A DNA stretch of 64,000 bases from an uncultured cyanobacterium (GCA_963749915.1 CAVVOP010000008.1:416001-480000); one strand, 5' to 3'; positions 30,203 to 41,431 are shown, counted from the stretch's first letter. The notes: generated from the sequence alone by a model not told the origin. A program made the numbers and translations.

Positions 30203-31561
30203 ATGCTTCCTATCGTTGCCATAATCGGTCGTCCTAATGTTGGTAAGTCCGCCCTTGTAAATCGTTTATCCGGAGAACAAGATGCGATCGTATATGATGA
30301 ACCTGGTATAACACGCGATCGCACTTATCGACCAGCATTTTGGCAGGATAGAGAATTTCAGATAGTCGATACGGGGGGGTTAGTTTTTGATGATGATACC
30401 GAATTTTTGCCCTTGATTCGTGAACAAGCCCAGGCGGCACTAGCAGAGGCAGTAGCGGCTATTTTTGTAGTAGATGGGCAACAGGGATTAACGGCAGGAG
30501 ATGAAGAAATTGCGGCATGGTTGCGTACTCAAAACCTACCGACTGTATTAGCCGTGAATAAATGCGAGTCAGAAACAGAAGGGTTAACCCAGGCGGCGGA
30601 GTTTTGGAATTTAGGCTTAGGTGAACCTTACCCTCTTTCGGCTATTCATGGTAATGGTACAGCAGAACTATTAGATGATTTAATTCAGTATTTACCCACT
30701 ATGGATGAATTAGAGGAGGTAGAGGAGATAAAAGTAGCGATAATTGGCAGGCCAAATGTGGGTAAATCTAGCCTTTTAAACGCTTTAACAGGGGAAAATA
30801 GAGCTATTGTTAGTCCCGTTTCTGGCACAACTCGTGACGCTATTGATATGGTGGTAGAAAGAAATGGAAAAACCTATCGCTTAATTGATACAGCAGGGAT
30901 TAGACGGAAAAAAAATGTCGATTATGGGGCGGAATTTTTTGGGATAAATAGGGCATTTAAGGCCATAAAACGGGCAGATGTTGTCTTATTCGTCATCGAT
31001 GTCTTGGACGGCGTTACCGAGCAAGATTTGAAATTAGCAGGTAGAATCATCGAAGAAGGAAGGGCGGCAGTCATTATCGCCAATAAGTGGGATGCCGTAG
31101 AAAAGGACTCTCATACTATCTATGAATACCAGAAAATGCTTGAGGATCGCTTATTTTTCATGGAATGGGCAGAAAGAATTTTCGTCTCAGCCATGTCGGG
31201 TAAAAGGGTAGAAAATATATTGGACTTAGTGGATAACGCCGCCGAAGGTCACAAAAAACGAGTTAGTACCTCGGTAATTAATGAAGTACTAGAAGAAGCG
31301 GTTAGATGGCATTCACCTCCCACCAGCAGACAAGGAAAACAGGGGCGCATTTACTATGGCACTCAAGTAACCAGTAAACCCCCCACCATCGCTTTATTTG
31401 TCAACGATCCCAAACGGTTGGATAATAATTATCGTCGTTATATTGAAAAACAATTCCGTCAACAATTAGGTTTCAAAGGAACACCCTTAAAATTACTTTG
31501 GCGTGGCAAACGTCTGCGAGAGGGCGAAAATATGGGTGCAAATCGGGCCACTAAAGTGTAG
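30203..31561 (+). CDS. der: Ribosome biogenesis GTPase Der
   Basis: Two GRPNVGKS GTPase domains and a KH-like C-terminus. Confidence 0.97.
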   Translation: MLPIVAIIGRPNVGKSALVNRLSGEQDAIVYDEPGITRDRTYRPAFWQDREFQIVDTGGLVFDDDTEFLPLIREQAQAALAEAVAAIFVVDGQQGLTAGDEEIAAWLRTQNLPTVLAVNKCESETEGLTQAAEFWNLGLGEPYPLSAIHGNGTAELLDDLIQYLPTMDELEEVEEIKVAIIGRPNVGKSSLLNALTGENRAIVSPVSGTTRDAIDMVVERNGKTYRLIDTAGIRRKKNVDYGAEFFGINRAFKAIKRADVVLFVIDVLDGVTEQDLKLAGRIIEEGRAAVIIANKWDAVEKDSHTIYEYQKMLEDRLFFMEWAERIFVSAMSGKRVENILDLVDNAAEGHKKRVSTSVINEVLEEAVRWHSPPTSRQGKQGRIYYGTQVTSKPPTIALFVNDPKRLDNNYRRYIEKQFRQQLGFKGTPLKLLWRGKRLREGENMGANRATKV

Positions 31562-31595
31562 TCAACAATGAACAATAATTTTAACTTATATTATC

Positions 31596-32072
31596 ATGTT
31601 TCCCTCTTGGTTAGTAATTGCTGCGATCGCATTTTTGGTGGCTATTTTGATTAATCGTATTCCTTCTGATGATTTAAGGTGGTTTTTTCGTTTACGTCGC
31701 CCAAATTGGCTAACTTTTGAATTTGCCATTCCCTTTATCTGGATTTTCATTCTTGTGTGCCTGGTTTTGTCCGCAAGCATCATTTGGGAGACAGATATTA
31801 ATCCGATGAGAAAGGCTATTTTAATGACTTTTTATCTAGCCTTAGAAATGGTTATTTTCGCTTATACAAGAGTGATGTGTGCAGTTCGTAGCTTGAGTGT
31901 GGGAGTTTTAATTGGCGGTAGTGGATTTTTAGTAGGTTTGGTCTTAGCAGTTCTGGTCTTTTTTGCCAATAAATCAGCATTATATTTATTAATACCTTAC
32001 CTTTTATGGAGTCCCGTTGGTACTTATGTTACTTGGGCAATGATCCCCTTAAATCGAGATTCTATTAGTTAG
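31596..32072 (+). CDS. TspO/MBR family membrane protein
   Basis: WFFRLRRPNW and LLIPYLLWSPVGT. Confidence 0.8.
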   Translation: MFPSWLVIAAIAFLVAILINRIPSDDLRWFFRLRRPNWLTFEFAIPFIWIFILVCLVLSASIIWETDINPMRKAILMTFYLALEMVIFAYTRVMCAVRSLSVGVLIGGSGFLVGLVLAVLVFFANKSALYLLIPYLLWSPVGTYVTWAMIPLNRDSIS

Positions 32073-32109
32073 TAAAACGAGCCTATAAATTATGGGAAAT
32101 GTCCAATTA

Positions 32110-32544
32110 TTATAAGTATTTTTGCACGATACCCCAACCGCTTAGACCGACAAATAGTAAGGAGAAAAATAAGCCCATATTCACACTAACATGAAGTTTT
32201 CTTGCCCAAAGTCTGGTAGGATGTATTTGTGTTGAACTCCAAGCAGATAATAACACTAGACTAACAACGATTAATCCTGCAGGTAAATGCCATGAATGCC
32301 CTAAACTGCCATAATACCCTAGTGTCCCGATTAAGCCGATGGATAGCAATAATAGGACGAGGATAACCATTATGGCACCTATTACCCGATGAAATGGGCG
32401 TAACCATTGGGGGCGCGGTTTTTTTTCCTGGCGATATTTAAACATTAATATTCCCGATACACCCAGTGTAAGATAAAGGGCGATGGTAAATCCCATTGAC
32501 CATGCGGCGATTTTCCATAACCAGAGAAAAGAAGGTAAATTCAT
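32110..32544 (-). CDS. DUF4079 family membrane protein
   Basis: Cyanobacterial MNLPSFLWLWKIAAWSMG start; conserved His in four TM helices. Confidence 0.75.
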   Translation of the reverse strand: MNLPSFLWLWKIAAWSMGFTIALYLTLGVSGILMFKYRQEKKPRPQWLRPFHRVIGAIMVILVLLLLSIGLIGTLGYYGSLGHSWHLPAGLIVVSLVLLSAWSSTQIHPTRLWARKLHVSVNMGLFFSLLFVGLSGWGIVQKYL

Positions 32545-32653
32545 TTAAGTTAGTTGACTGTTGACCGTTGATAGTTGATGGTTAATTTTAAAATATTGGT
32601 GATGACTATGGGAAAAAAACTGAGGTCAAAAAATGAGATAATAACTCTAACAA

Positions 32654-34603
32654 TTAATTAACGCAACCGACAGAATTTATACAGATTTTTTCGTATTTTC
32701 CCAGGGCGATTAAGGGGAAATAATGACAGTATAGGTGATTTTTAAGATAAAAATGTCCGGGAAATCCTGTGCCAGTGAATTGTTTTTCTTCCCATGTGCC
32801 GTTATTATTTTGGTTAGTTAATAGATAGTTTATTCCTTTTTTTATAGTATCTTCTGGGAATTTTTCCATGGCATTTCCCCCGTCTAATAAACCAATTAAC
32901 GCCCATGCAGTCTGAGAGGCGGTAGAATCCCCTTTCCCCTTTAATGCGGGATTTTTATAACTCTCGCAGGTTTCTCCCCAACCACCATCAGCATTTTGAC
33001 AACTTATTAACCAATTTATGCCTTTTTCGATCTCATTTTGGTGAGTTTTAGGTGCAATCACCGCCAAAGCCGATAAAACCCCTGAGGTACCGTATATATA
33101 GTTTACCCCCCAACGTCCAAACCAGCTACCATCGGCTTCCTGTTGTTTGATTAAATAGGCGATCGCATCCTGGAATCTAGTGGCTTTCATGGGCAAATCA
33201 CAACTACCCACCATTTCCAATACTCTAGCGGTAACATCCGCCGTCGCTGGATCCGTCATGGCTTTTAAGTCACCATAGGGGAGATAATTTAACCAATTAG
33301 CATCATTATCAATATCAAACGCTGCCCAACCATGATTATGACACTGCATTGTCTCAATCCACCGAAGACATCGGAAAATTGCTTCCCGTTTTAAATTTTC
33401 ACGGGGTAATTCTAACTGGTTTAGGGTCATAATTACTACGGAAGAATAATCTATATCAGGATAAAAACGATTTTCATATTCAAAGGACCAACCGCCAGGT
33501 TTTCCTTGAGGATTTTTTATGACCCAATCCCCGTAAGTAAAAATTTGTTTATCCAATAACCACTCACCACCTTTAACTAAATTAGGGTGATTTGGGGCAA
33601 CACCAGATTCTACTAAAGCACGTAAACACCAGGTCGTATCCCATACAGGAGAAATACAGGGTTGTACTAAATAATCATCATGGGTTTCGATGGCAAAATT
33701 TTCTATGGCCTCTAATCCTCGTACTACCATAGGATCATTAACATGATATTCAAGAATTTTAAAAGCTAAGAGGGAGTTGACGATGGGAGGAAGAATACCT
33801 CCCCAATCTCCCTTTATTTCTTCCCTTTCAATAATCCATTTTTCGGCGGCTTGAATACTTTGCTCTTTGAAGGGTACGATATTCCAATCTTCCGCCAGTT
33901 TAAATAAATTATCTAACTCAGCGAATATATCTGTCCAATCACCACTGCGGGGTACTTCATATTTTATGTTACCAATACCTTCGCTGTATAACTCGTCTAA
34001 TTTTATTCTCGGTTCAACGGCGAAAACGGGCTTTCGATCGAAGACAATTAATAACGGTACGGTGCTACTTCTTGCCCAACTCGACATTTCATAGATAGTA
34101 AACAAGGGATTTTGGGGTAGTAGCATTATCCAAGGAGGAAGAGAAGGCACACCACGCCAATCATAGCAACCGATTAAGGCAAGGTGAAATTTAGTAAATA
34201 TGCGACTTTGACTAATCCCTCCCTTACTCAAAATAAATTTTTTCGCCCTAATCATGGTACTATCATCGGCACTAACCCCTAGTAATCTTAGTGCCATATA
34301 CGCTTCTATGGATGTACTTAAGTCTCCTCCATCCCCATAATAGATCTCCCATCCGCCATGACTACGTTGTTGCGATCGCAAATAATGTTCTATCTTATAT
34401 AAGGGTTTTTGATTATCGATACCCAAAATTTTATAGAGTAAGAGAGCTTCAGCGGTAAGAGTAACATTGGACTCCAAATAGGCACACCAATGACCATCAT
34501 TTTTTTGTAAGGAGAAAAGGTACTCTTGGGCTTTTTTGATGGTGCTGTTGATTTTCTCCCTTTCAGTCACCTTAACCTTACTATTATTAATTTGGGCAGT
34601 CAT
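32654..34603 (-). CDS. shc: Squalene-hopene cyclase with a variant active site
   Basis: QW repeats, QPCISPVWDT, WFGRWGVNYIYGT and GTGFPGHFYL; the DxDD motif reads DIDY. Confidence 0.9.
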   Translation of the reverse strand: MTAQINNSKVKVTEREKINSTIKKAQEYLFSLQKNDGHWCAYLESNVTLTAEALLLYKILGIDNQKPLYKIEHYLRSQQRSHGGWEIYYGDGGDLSTSIEAYMALRLLGVSADDSTMIRAKKFILSKGGISQSRIFTKFHLALIGCYDWRGVPSLPPWIMLLPQNPLFTIYEMSSWARSSTVPLLIVFDRKPVFAVEPRIKLDELYSEGIGNIKYEVPRSGDWTDIFAELDNLFKLAEDWNIVPFKEQSIQAAEKWIIEREEIKGDWGGILPPIVNSLLAFKILEYHVNDPMVVRGLEAIENFAIETHDDYLVQPCISPVWDTTWCLRALVESGVAPNHPNLVKGGEWLLDKQIFTYGDWVIKNPQGKPGGWSFEYENRFYPDIDYSSVVIMTLNQLELPRENLKREAIFRCLRWIETMQCHNHGWAAFDIDNDANWLNYLPYGDLKAMTDPATADVTARVLEMVGSCDLPMKATRFQDAIAYLIKQQEADGSWFGRWGVNYIYGTSGVLSALAVIAPKTHQNEIEKGINWLISCQNADGGWGETCESYKNPALKGKGDSTASQTAWALIGLLDGGNAMEKFPEDTIKKGINYLLTNQNNNGTWEEKQFTGTGFPGHFYLKNHLYCHYFPLIALGKYEKICINSVGCVN

Positions 34604-34702
34604 GAATATCTATCAGTTTAAGATTTATTTTACTATATTTTCACCATAACACAACGACCATCATATTATCTAGGTTAGGCTTAAAAGTCTTATGGTGAAG
34701 GA

Positions 34703-34737
34703 AATTTAGAATTTAGAATTTAGAATTTAGAATTTAG
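34703..34737. repeat. Heptamer tandem repeat (AATTTAG)5, STRR type
   Basis: Five perfect copies in the shc/porin intergenic region. Confidence 0.9.
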
Positions 34738-34813
34738 AAAAAATAATTACTTGGTGTGCGTTATATTTATGAAAAGATTTATCTAGAGATTCTAGGTTGT
34801 AAGGAGTAAAGTA

Positions 34814-36460
34814 ATGAAAATCTGGAGGCAAGTTCGTAAATGTGAACCAATGAGTCCATTAATTTTGGTTTCTACCCTGTTAATGGGAGGGGGGGCGATG
34901 GCTGATGAATCGCCAGGGCCAACTGATACCAATCTCTTAGAGCAAATCGAGGAATACAACCAACAAAAGTCTTCTCTTGAGCAAATTACTAACGTCTCTG
35001 AATTAAAAGACGTGGTTCCCACCGACTGGGCTTATGAAGCATTGCGGAATCTAGTAGAACGCTACAGCTGTATTGTCGGCTATCCCGATAGCACGTTCCG
35101 AGGCAATCGAGCCTTGAGCCGTTGGGAGTTTGCCACCGGACTGAACGCCTGCCTCAATACCCTAGAGCGTTTACTCCAGGAAAATATCAGCGTCCTCAAA
35201 GAGGATATTGAAAAACTGAAGCGGCTGACGGAGGAATTCCGACAAGAGCTAACAGTTCTGGGAACCCGGATCGATAATTTAGAATCCCGAGTAGCCTTCT
35301 TGGAAGACCATCAGTTTTCCCCCACCACCAAGTTAACTGGTGAAGTGGTTTTTGCGGTAGCTGCCGCATCCGATAATCAGGCGGTCTTCCAAAACCGAGT
35401 ACGTCTGTATCTGGAAACCAGCTTTACCGGTAAGGACCTACTATCCACTGGGTTGGCAGCAGGTGCTTCTCCTCGTTTCCAGTTTTCCGCTAATCCAGAA
35501 GCCATTCCTGGCGGTGAAACCTCCGTCGGCGTTCTCACCTTTCAGGACTATGCGGACAATGATGTCATTCTCGATTATCTATCGTACTTCTTTCCCCTTG
35601 GGGAGGGGGCTGACTTCTTTGTGACAGCTTATGCTGGAGCGACTTCAGATTATTTGCCCACGGCTGGCAACGATCCCATTGATGACTTTGGGGATGGTGG
35701 TTCAGGTGCCCTGTCTTTATTTGGTGCTCATAATGCTCTTTACTACATTGGCGGTGGAACTGGGGCAGGATTTAACTTCAGGTTAAGCGACTTTATCCAA
35801 CTTAGTGCCAGTTACCTAGCAGGTCCTTCTAGTGCAGCTAATCCTGAGGCAGGTTCTGGGTTTTTCAACGGAGATTATGCGGCTCTGGGTCAGATAACCT
35901 TCACGCCTAATGACAATCTGACTTTAGCCCTAACCTACGTTAACAGTTATCATCAAACGGGGACGGCACTCTTTAACTATGGGTTCGCTACCATTGATAG
36001 CCAACTCTTTGGTGTTGTCGGGACGAGCTTGGCGAATTTTCCCGGCGGAACTGGTGCCAGAGTTTCTGGTAATTCCTTTGGTATCGAGGCTTCTTATCGC
36101 CTCAGCCCTAAATTCACTGTCAGTGCCTGGGGAGGATACACCAATGCTAATATTACCAATTTCAAGCTTGATAATGGCGAAATTTGGACTTATGCCCTGA
36201 CTTTAGCGTTTCCCGACTTGTTTAAACAAGGTAGTCTAGGGGGCGTGATTGTAGGTGTTGAGCCTTATTTAGGCAATCCTCAGCAACTAGGTTTCGTGGG
36301 CGCGGCTAACAAAATTCCTCTGCACCTAGAAGTCTTTTATCGCTATCGAATCAATGATTATATCTCGATCACACCTGGGTTAATTTACCTGAACTCTCCC
36401 GATCAGCAAGTTGGTGACGATGCTTTTTTGGGAGTGGTGAGAACCACTTTTAAATTCTAA
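34814..36460 (+). CDS. Second SLH-OprB outer-membrane porin
   Basis: DVVPTDWAYEALRNLVERY, FSPTTKLTGE and terminal RTTFKF. Confidence 0.9.
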   Translation: MKIWRQVRKCEPMSPLILVSTLLMGGGAMADESPGPTDTNLLEQIEEYNQQKSSLEQITNVSELKDVVPTDWAYEALRNLVERYSCIVGYPDSTFRGNRALSRWEFATGLNACLNTLERLLQENISVLKEDIEKLKRLTEEFRQELTVLGTRIDNLESRVAFLEDHQFSPTTKLTGEVVFAVAAASDNQAVFQNRVRLYLETSFTGKDLLSTGLAAGASPRFQFSANPEAIPGGETSVGVLTFQDYADNDVILDYLSYFFPLGEGADFFVTAYAGATSDYLPTAGNDPIDDFGDGGSGALSLFGAHNALYYIGGGTGAGFNFRLSDFIQLSASYLAGPSSAANPEAGSGFFNGDYAALGQITFTPNDNLTLALTYVNSYHQTGTALFNYGFATIDSQLFGVVGTSLANFPGGTGARVSGNSFGIEASYRLSPKFTVSAWGGYTNANITNFKLDNGEIWTYALTLAFPDLFKQGSLGGVIVGVEPYLGNPQQLGFVGAANKIPLHLEVFYRYRINDYISITPGLIYLNSPDQQVGDDAFLGVVRTTFKF

Positions 36461-36535
36461 TCCGATAAATTTAAATTGCTGTCCTAGAATATTTAGAATC
36501 TAATTTAATTGAATGACAAAAGGAGTGTTTTGTAT

Positions 36536-37024
36536 ATGTCGGTTAAAGTTGTCCCAGCTCCCAATGGTAACAATGGTAAAGGAAAATGTTTAGTCTCGCT
36601 TAATTTTATCAAAGCAGGAAAGGCATTTCATAAGATTTCAGGATATGAAATTATCGATTCTCCAACTCGTACAAGTATCCAGATAAATAAGCATGAACAC
36701 ATCGAAGAATTTTCACGCATCGCCTATCTGAATCATAGTTGCGATCCAAATGTACTTATGGATTTCAGTCAGATGGAGTTACGTGCAGTACGGGATATTA
36801 GGCCAGGTGAAGAACTGACTTTTTTCTATCCCAGTACCGAATGGTATATGTGCACATCCTTCCAATGCCTATGCGGTTCTTCCCAGTGTTTAAAAAAGAT
36901 TACAGGTGCGCGGTATTTACCTCTAAATGTGTTAGGTCGTTATTTTATTAACCAACATATCCGGAGCGAATTGCAAACATATTGCACTACTTCTTTTAGT
37001 GATGATTTGTGCAGGTTATCTTAA
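36536..37024 (+). CDS. SET domain protein with post-SET Zn motif
   Basis: YLNHSCDPN, GEELTFFY and CLCGSSQC; AAGGAG upstream of ATG 36536. Confidence 0.88.
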   Translation: MSVKVVPAPNGNNGKGKCLVSLNFIKAGKAFHKISGYEIIDSPTRTSIQINKHEHIEEFSRIAYLNHSCDPNVLMDFSQMELRAVRDIRPGEELTFFYPSTEWYMCTSFQCLCGSSQCLKKITGARYLPLNVLGRYFINQHIRSELQTYCTTSFSDDLCRLS

Positions 37025-37046
37025 ATACCAAAAATGATGGTTAAAA

Positions 37047-39788
37047 ATGATGGTCTTAAAACATAAAAATGAAAATTATCTACAAAAAGTTCCATTAAGC
37101 CTGGTACTCATCGTACCGTTCGTGCTGCAAATTTTCTCAGCAGTCGGGCTAGTTGGGTATTTGTCCTTCAAAAATGGTCAGAAGGCGGTCAATAGCCTCG
37201 CTATAAATCTTAGCAATGAAATTGGCGGACGGGTCGATCAGCATCTCACTTCCTATTTGGCACTCCCACCTCAACTAGCCAGTAATGCGTTATATCTCTT
37301 AGAATCTGGAATGCTGGAACTCAGGGATTTTAAAAGTGCGGAGCAATACCTCTGGAAACGAGCTCAGAACTATCCAAATATTGCCTTCATTGGATATTAC
37401 TTACAAAATGGCGAAGGTCTCGCGGCTCAGCGATGGCCTCCTGGGCAGGGAGTCAACATTGTTAAACACTCACTAGCAGATGGCAAAGACTACAACTATG
37501 CTACTGACGCACAAGGTCGGCCCACAAAATTATTAGACGCCACGGAATATTATGCACCAACAGACCAGTGGTATGTCGATGCGGTTAAAGCTGGCAAGCC
37601 CATTTGGAGCCGCATCTATACTGCAGAAGGGTTCCCTGGCTATGTGGCCGCCTCAGCAGCCTATCCCATTTATAGTCCTTATCGCAAACTTCTCGGGGTT
37701 TTTGCTGTAGATTTACTTCTGACTGACATTAGTCGTTTCCTGCGCACGTTAAAGATCAGCCCCAATGGCAGAATCTTTATCATGGAACGAGATGGGCTGC
37801 TGATTGGTAATTCCGGTTCTCGGGAGACTTATCGGGTCATTAAGGATCAGACCCAAAGGATCAGTGCTCTTCATAGCCCTGATTCTACGATCCAATCTAC
37901 AGCTCAATACTTGAAAGAGCAATTCGGCAATTTTAAAGGGATTCAACAATCACAGCACTTGGAGTTTACCAAAGAGAATCAAAAATTCTTTGTTCAGGTC
38001 TTACCTTGGAAGGATGACTATGGGTTGGATTGGCTAGTTGTAGTGACAATTCCTCAATCCGATTTTATGACAACCATCAATGCCAACACCCGGACAACCG
38101 TTGTTTTATGTATTCTTGCTCTGGCGATCGCCACTATTTTGGGAATTTATACCTCTCGCTGGATTTCTCGTCCAATCTCCCAGTTGAGTCTTGCTAGCCA
38201 AGCCATTGCCCAGGGAGATTTTGGCCAAAGTGCCCTAGTCAGTAGGACTCGGGAGTTGAGTCTGCTTTCTCAATCATTCAAACTCATGGCAGAGCAACTC
38301 AAAAGTTCTTTTGAGCTGTTAGAAACTCGCGTGGCAGAGCGCACTGCTCAATTGGCAGAAGCTAAACAGATTGCTGAGGAGGCAAAAGAATCAGCGGAAT
38401 CAGCCAACCGTGCTAAAAGCGAATTTCTCGCTAGTATGAGTCACGAACTTCGGACCCCCCTAAACTCCATCCTCGGTTTTAGCCAACTGCTCAACCGCGA
38501 AAAATCTCTCACCAAGACCCAACAAGAGAATCTCGGTATTATCAATCGTAGTGGCGAACACTTATTATCTTTAATTAATGACGTACTGGATTTAGCAAAA
38601 ATCGAGTCGGGAAAAATGATTCTCGACCCTAAAGACTTCGATTTATTCAATCTATTAGACCTAGTCCAAGAAATGTTGTCATTCAGAGCAGAATCTAAGG
38701 GTTTAGAGCTTATTGTTGAACGGGCCAACAATCTGCCCCGATATATCCACAGCGATGACAAAAAACTCCGTCAAGTTTTGATTAATTTATTGGGCAATGC
38801 CATCAAGTTTACTCAGGAAGGTAGTATCACTTTACGAGTAGGATTGGCAGATAAACCAACCAATATTCAATTTGAGGTAGAAGACACCGGTGCAGGGATT
38901 GCCCCCGAAGAAATAGAGAGTATATTTGATGCTTTTATTCAAACGGAAACAGGCAAACAATCTCAGCAGGGAACGGGTTTAGGCTTGCCAATCACTAAAA
39001 AGTTTATCGAACTGATGGGCGGCAAAATCACAGTTAGTTCTCAAGTTGGGAAAGGAACTATCTTTCGCTTTAATATCAAAGCAAAATTAGGCGAAGCAAG
39101 TAAAATTCAAGGAAAGAAACCAACTCAAAGAGTCGTTGGATTAGAACCAAATCAACCAGAATATCGGATTTTGGTAGTGGACGATGGCACTGGAAATCGT
39201 CAACTATTATTACAATTGCTACAGCCCATTGGTTTTAATGTCCAAGAAGCCAGGAATGGACAAGAAGCAGTAGAAATTTGGCAACAATGGCAGCCCCATC
39301 TGATCTGGATGGATATGAGAATGCCGGTGATGAACGGTTATGAAGCCACACAACAAATTAAATCTCATCTTCAAGGACAAGCTACGGTAATTATAGCTTT
39401 AACTGCTAGCACCTTGGAAGAAGAAAAAGCACTTGTCCTCGCAGCTGGTTGCGATGATTTTGTCCGCAAACCCTTTGCCGAAGAAATTATTTTCGAGAAG
39501 ATGGCACAATATTTGGCACTGCGTTATCTTTACGAAGAAATTCACTCAGATGATGGCCCCGAAGATGAAAATATTCGATTGACAGTCGCAGCTTTAAGGG
39601 TTATGCCCGAGGCATGGTTAAGGGATCTTGCCGAAGCTGCTGCTCTAATTAATAATCAACTAATTGCTCAGTTGTTATCTCAAATACCGCAAGAACATCG
39701 AGCTTTAGCCAAAGCCATCGAGAAAGAAGTCGATAATTTCGATTTCGATCGTCTTATGAACCTCGCCCAAGAAAGTGTCAAACCCTAG
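37047..39788 (+). CDS. Membrane hybrid histidine kinase (Cache-HAMP-HisKA-HATPase-REC)
   Basis: Two TM helices, SHELRTPL, NLLGNAIKFT, GTGLGL and IWMDMRMP. Confidence 0.93.
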   Translation: MMVLKHKNENYLQKVPLSLVLIVPFVLQIFSAVGLVGYLSFKNGQKAVNSLAINLSNEIGGRVDQHLTSYLALPPQLASNALYLLESGMLELRDFKSAEQYLWKRAQNYPNIAFIGYYLQNGEGLAAQRWPPGQGVNIVKHSLADGKDYNYATDAQGRPTKLLDATEYYAPTDQWYVDAVKAGKPIWSRIYTAEGFPGYVAASAAYPIYSPYRKLLGVFAVDLLLTDISRFLRTLKISPNGRIFIMERDGLLIGNSGSRETYRVIKDQTQRISALHSPDSTIQSTAQYLKEQFGNFKGIQQSQHLEFTKENQKFFVQVLPWKDDYGLDWLVVVTIPQSDFMTTINANTRTTVVLCILALAIATILGIYTSRWISRPISQLSLASQAIAQGDFGQSALVSRTRELSLLSQSFKLMAEQLKSSFELLETRVAERTAQLAEAKQIAEEAKESAESANRAKSEFLASMSHELRTPLNSILGFSQLLNREKSLTKTQQENLGIINRSGEHLLSLINDVLDLAKIESGKMILDPKDFDLFNLLDLVQEMLSFRAESKGLELIVERANNLPRYIHSDDKKLRQVLINLLGNAIKFTQEGSITLRVGLADKPTNIQFEVEDTGAGIAPEEIESIFDAFIQTETGKQSQQGTGLGLPITKKFIELMGGKITVSSQVGKGTIFRFNIKAKLGEASKIQGKKPTQRVVGLEPNQPEYRILVVDDGTGNRQLLLQLLQPIGFNVQEARNGQEAVEIWQQWQPHLIWMDMRMPVMNGYEATQQIKSHLQGQATVIIALTASTLEEEKALVLAAGCDDFVRKPFAEEIIFEKMAQYLALRYLYEEIHSDDGPEDENIRLTVAALRVMPEAWLRDLAEAAALINNQLIAQLLSQIPQEHRALAKAIEKEVDNFDFDRLMNLAQESVKP

Positions 39789-39954
39789 GATTCTGTTCCT
39801 TTCATTAAAAATGCTACAATATCTGACATGGGCTTTTGTGGAAACTGATACTTGATTTTTAATCTAGTTTCGGATACTGTTGGCGAATTCGAAATGCCCC
39901 TATCAAGTGATCACTAAGACTAACAAAAAGGAATTCAAAAATTTATAGAATAAA

Positions 39955-40320
39955 TAGGGCTTGCTGATAAAAACCGAAACCTCTATCAAACAAAAGATTT
40001 AATTATTATAATAGCCAATAAAGTGCAATCTCAACATCAGCTATAATGACTGAAACTATTACAAAATGGTACATAGTGCCTCGATTCAAGAGAGAAAAGG
40101 ATTTAAGTTTCTCTCATTCAAGATTCGCCATCTCTTTCCGAACTTGAAACTAATTAATGATAAAAGTAATGATAAAAGACTGTAATCAAAAATTGAAATT
40201 TTTTGTTTCTGCATTATGGTAATATCAATTTGTCAATAATATCGCAACAAAACTTTATAACCGCCGTAATCCTTGTGAATTAAAGATTTTAAAACTTTAA
40301 TTTCTTTCCTGGAAATCACT
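39955..40320. mobile_element. Possible decayed MITE/IS end
   Basis: TAGGGCTTGCTGATAAAA resembles cyanobacterial IS/MITE termini; no partner IR seen. Confidence 0.25.
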
Positions 40321-40336
40321 TTAAACTAAATTCATA

Positions 40337-41431
40337 CTACACGTTCATTAAATCTGACACCAATGAGGCTGTAGCTGGTGCTAATAATATCCCGTTACGG
40401 TAGTGTCCTGTGGCTAGGATAATATTCTCATAGTCTTCTAATTTCTCGACAATGGGGGCAGATTTTCCTTCTGGGCGGGGTCGTTTCCCTGTCCATGATA
40501 ACATTATGGGAGCATCCGCTAAACTGGGGCAAAATTTGATGGCTTGTTGTTGTAAATTTTGTAATAAATCCTTGTCAGGCAAAAGTTCATCTCCATCATG
40601 GGGAAATTCTACCGTTGCGCCTAACCAAAATTCATCATTACCCATAGGTGCAATACGAAAATCATTGGCTATAATTACTGGGTCAAAATTGTCTTTATTG
40701 TGCCAATTAGTATGTTTGAGTAATAATGCTTGGCCTAAAACTGGTTTTATCGCTATTTGTGAACCTAAAGGCCGTATTAGGGATGAGGTACCCAATCCTG
40801 TGGCTAAAATTACCCAATCGGCAGGTAATGATTGATTTTCCTCTATCTCTATTTGTTGACAACGCCGAGTCTTGCCGTCAACTATCTTCAAGTTTTGCAC
40901 TTTTTTTCCGAAGATACATTTAACTCCTTTTAATGAGGCGGCTTTTACTAAGGCTTTAGTCAAAAAAGTGGGGTTAATTTGGCGATCGCCGGGGGAATAA
41001 ACCCCACCTAATAAAGAGGATACTTCAACTTCGGGGCAGTAATGTTTTAAAAGAGACTTATCCCAAATCTGAAGATCATAACCTTGTTGAGCTCGAATTT
41101 CTGCTAACTTTTCCCATTTACTCAAATCATCACCAGGCAGAAGTAATTTAACAATCCCATCAGTGTTACGAGGAATCTGTAAACCTGTCAAGGTTTCTAA
41201 CTCTGGGATTAAAGTATTATATCTTTCTAAACTAGATTCTCGTAATTTCCATGCCCTACCTTTTGTCTTATGACTAATTACTGCCATTAAAAATCCTAAT
41301 GCCGAACCAGTTGAACCTGTGCCGGGATTTTTTTCGTCAATTAGAGTAATATCTAAATTAGAGTTATCACTCAATTCATAGGCAATGGTACTGCCGACAA
41401 TGCCGCTACCGATAATTACAACTTTGCTCAT
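40337..41431 (-). CDS. FAD-dependent oxidoreductase (ThiO/DadA-like)
   Basis: VIIGSGIVG, GKRPRP and ATGHYRNGILLAP. Confidence 0.85.
   Translation of the reverse strand: MSKVVIIGSGIVGSTIAYELSDNSNLDITLIDEKNPGTGSTGSALGFLMAVISHKTKGRAWKLRESSLERYNTLIPELETLTGLQIPRNTDGIVKLLLPGDDLSKWEKLAEIRAQQGYDLQIWDKSLLKHYCPEVEVSSLLGGVYSPGDRQINPTFLTKALVKAASLKGVKCIFGKKVQNLKIVDGKTRRCQQIEIEENQSLPADWVILATGLGTSSLIRPLGSQIAIKPVLGQALLLKHTNWHNKDNFDPVIIANDFRIAPMGNDEFWLGATVEFPHDGDELLPDKDLLQNLQQQAIKFCPSLADAPIMLSWTGKRPRPEGKSAPIVEKLEDYENIILATGHYRNGILLAPATASLVSDLMNV

Noticed and set aside
28485..34603. P450 plus shc as a triterpene tailoring cluster
   Set aside because: Separated by der and unrelated genes, and the P450 is frameshifted
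34703..34737. Tandem repeats (also ~6231-6260, ~58311-58337) as a CRISPR array
   Set aside because: 7-bp units without spacers and no cas genes; these are ordinary cyanobacterial STRR repeats
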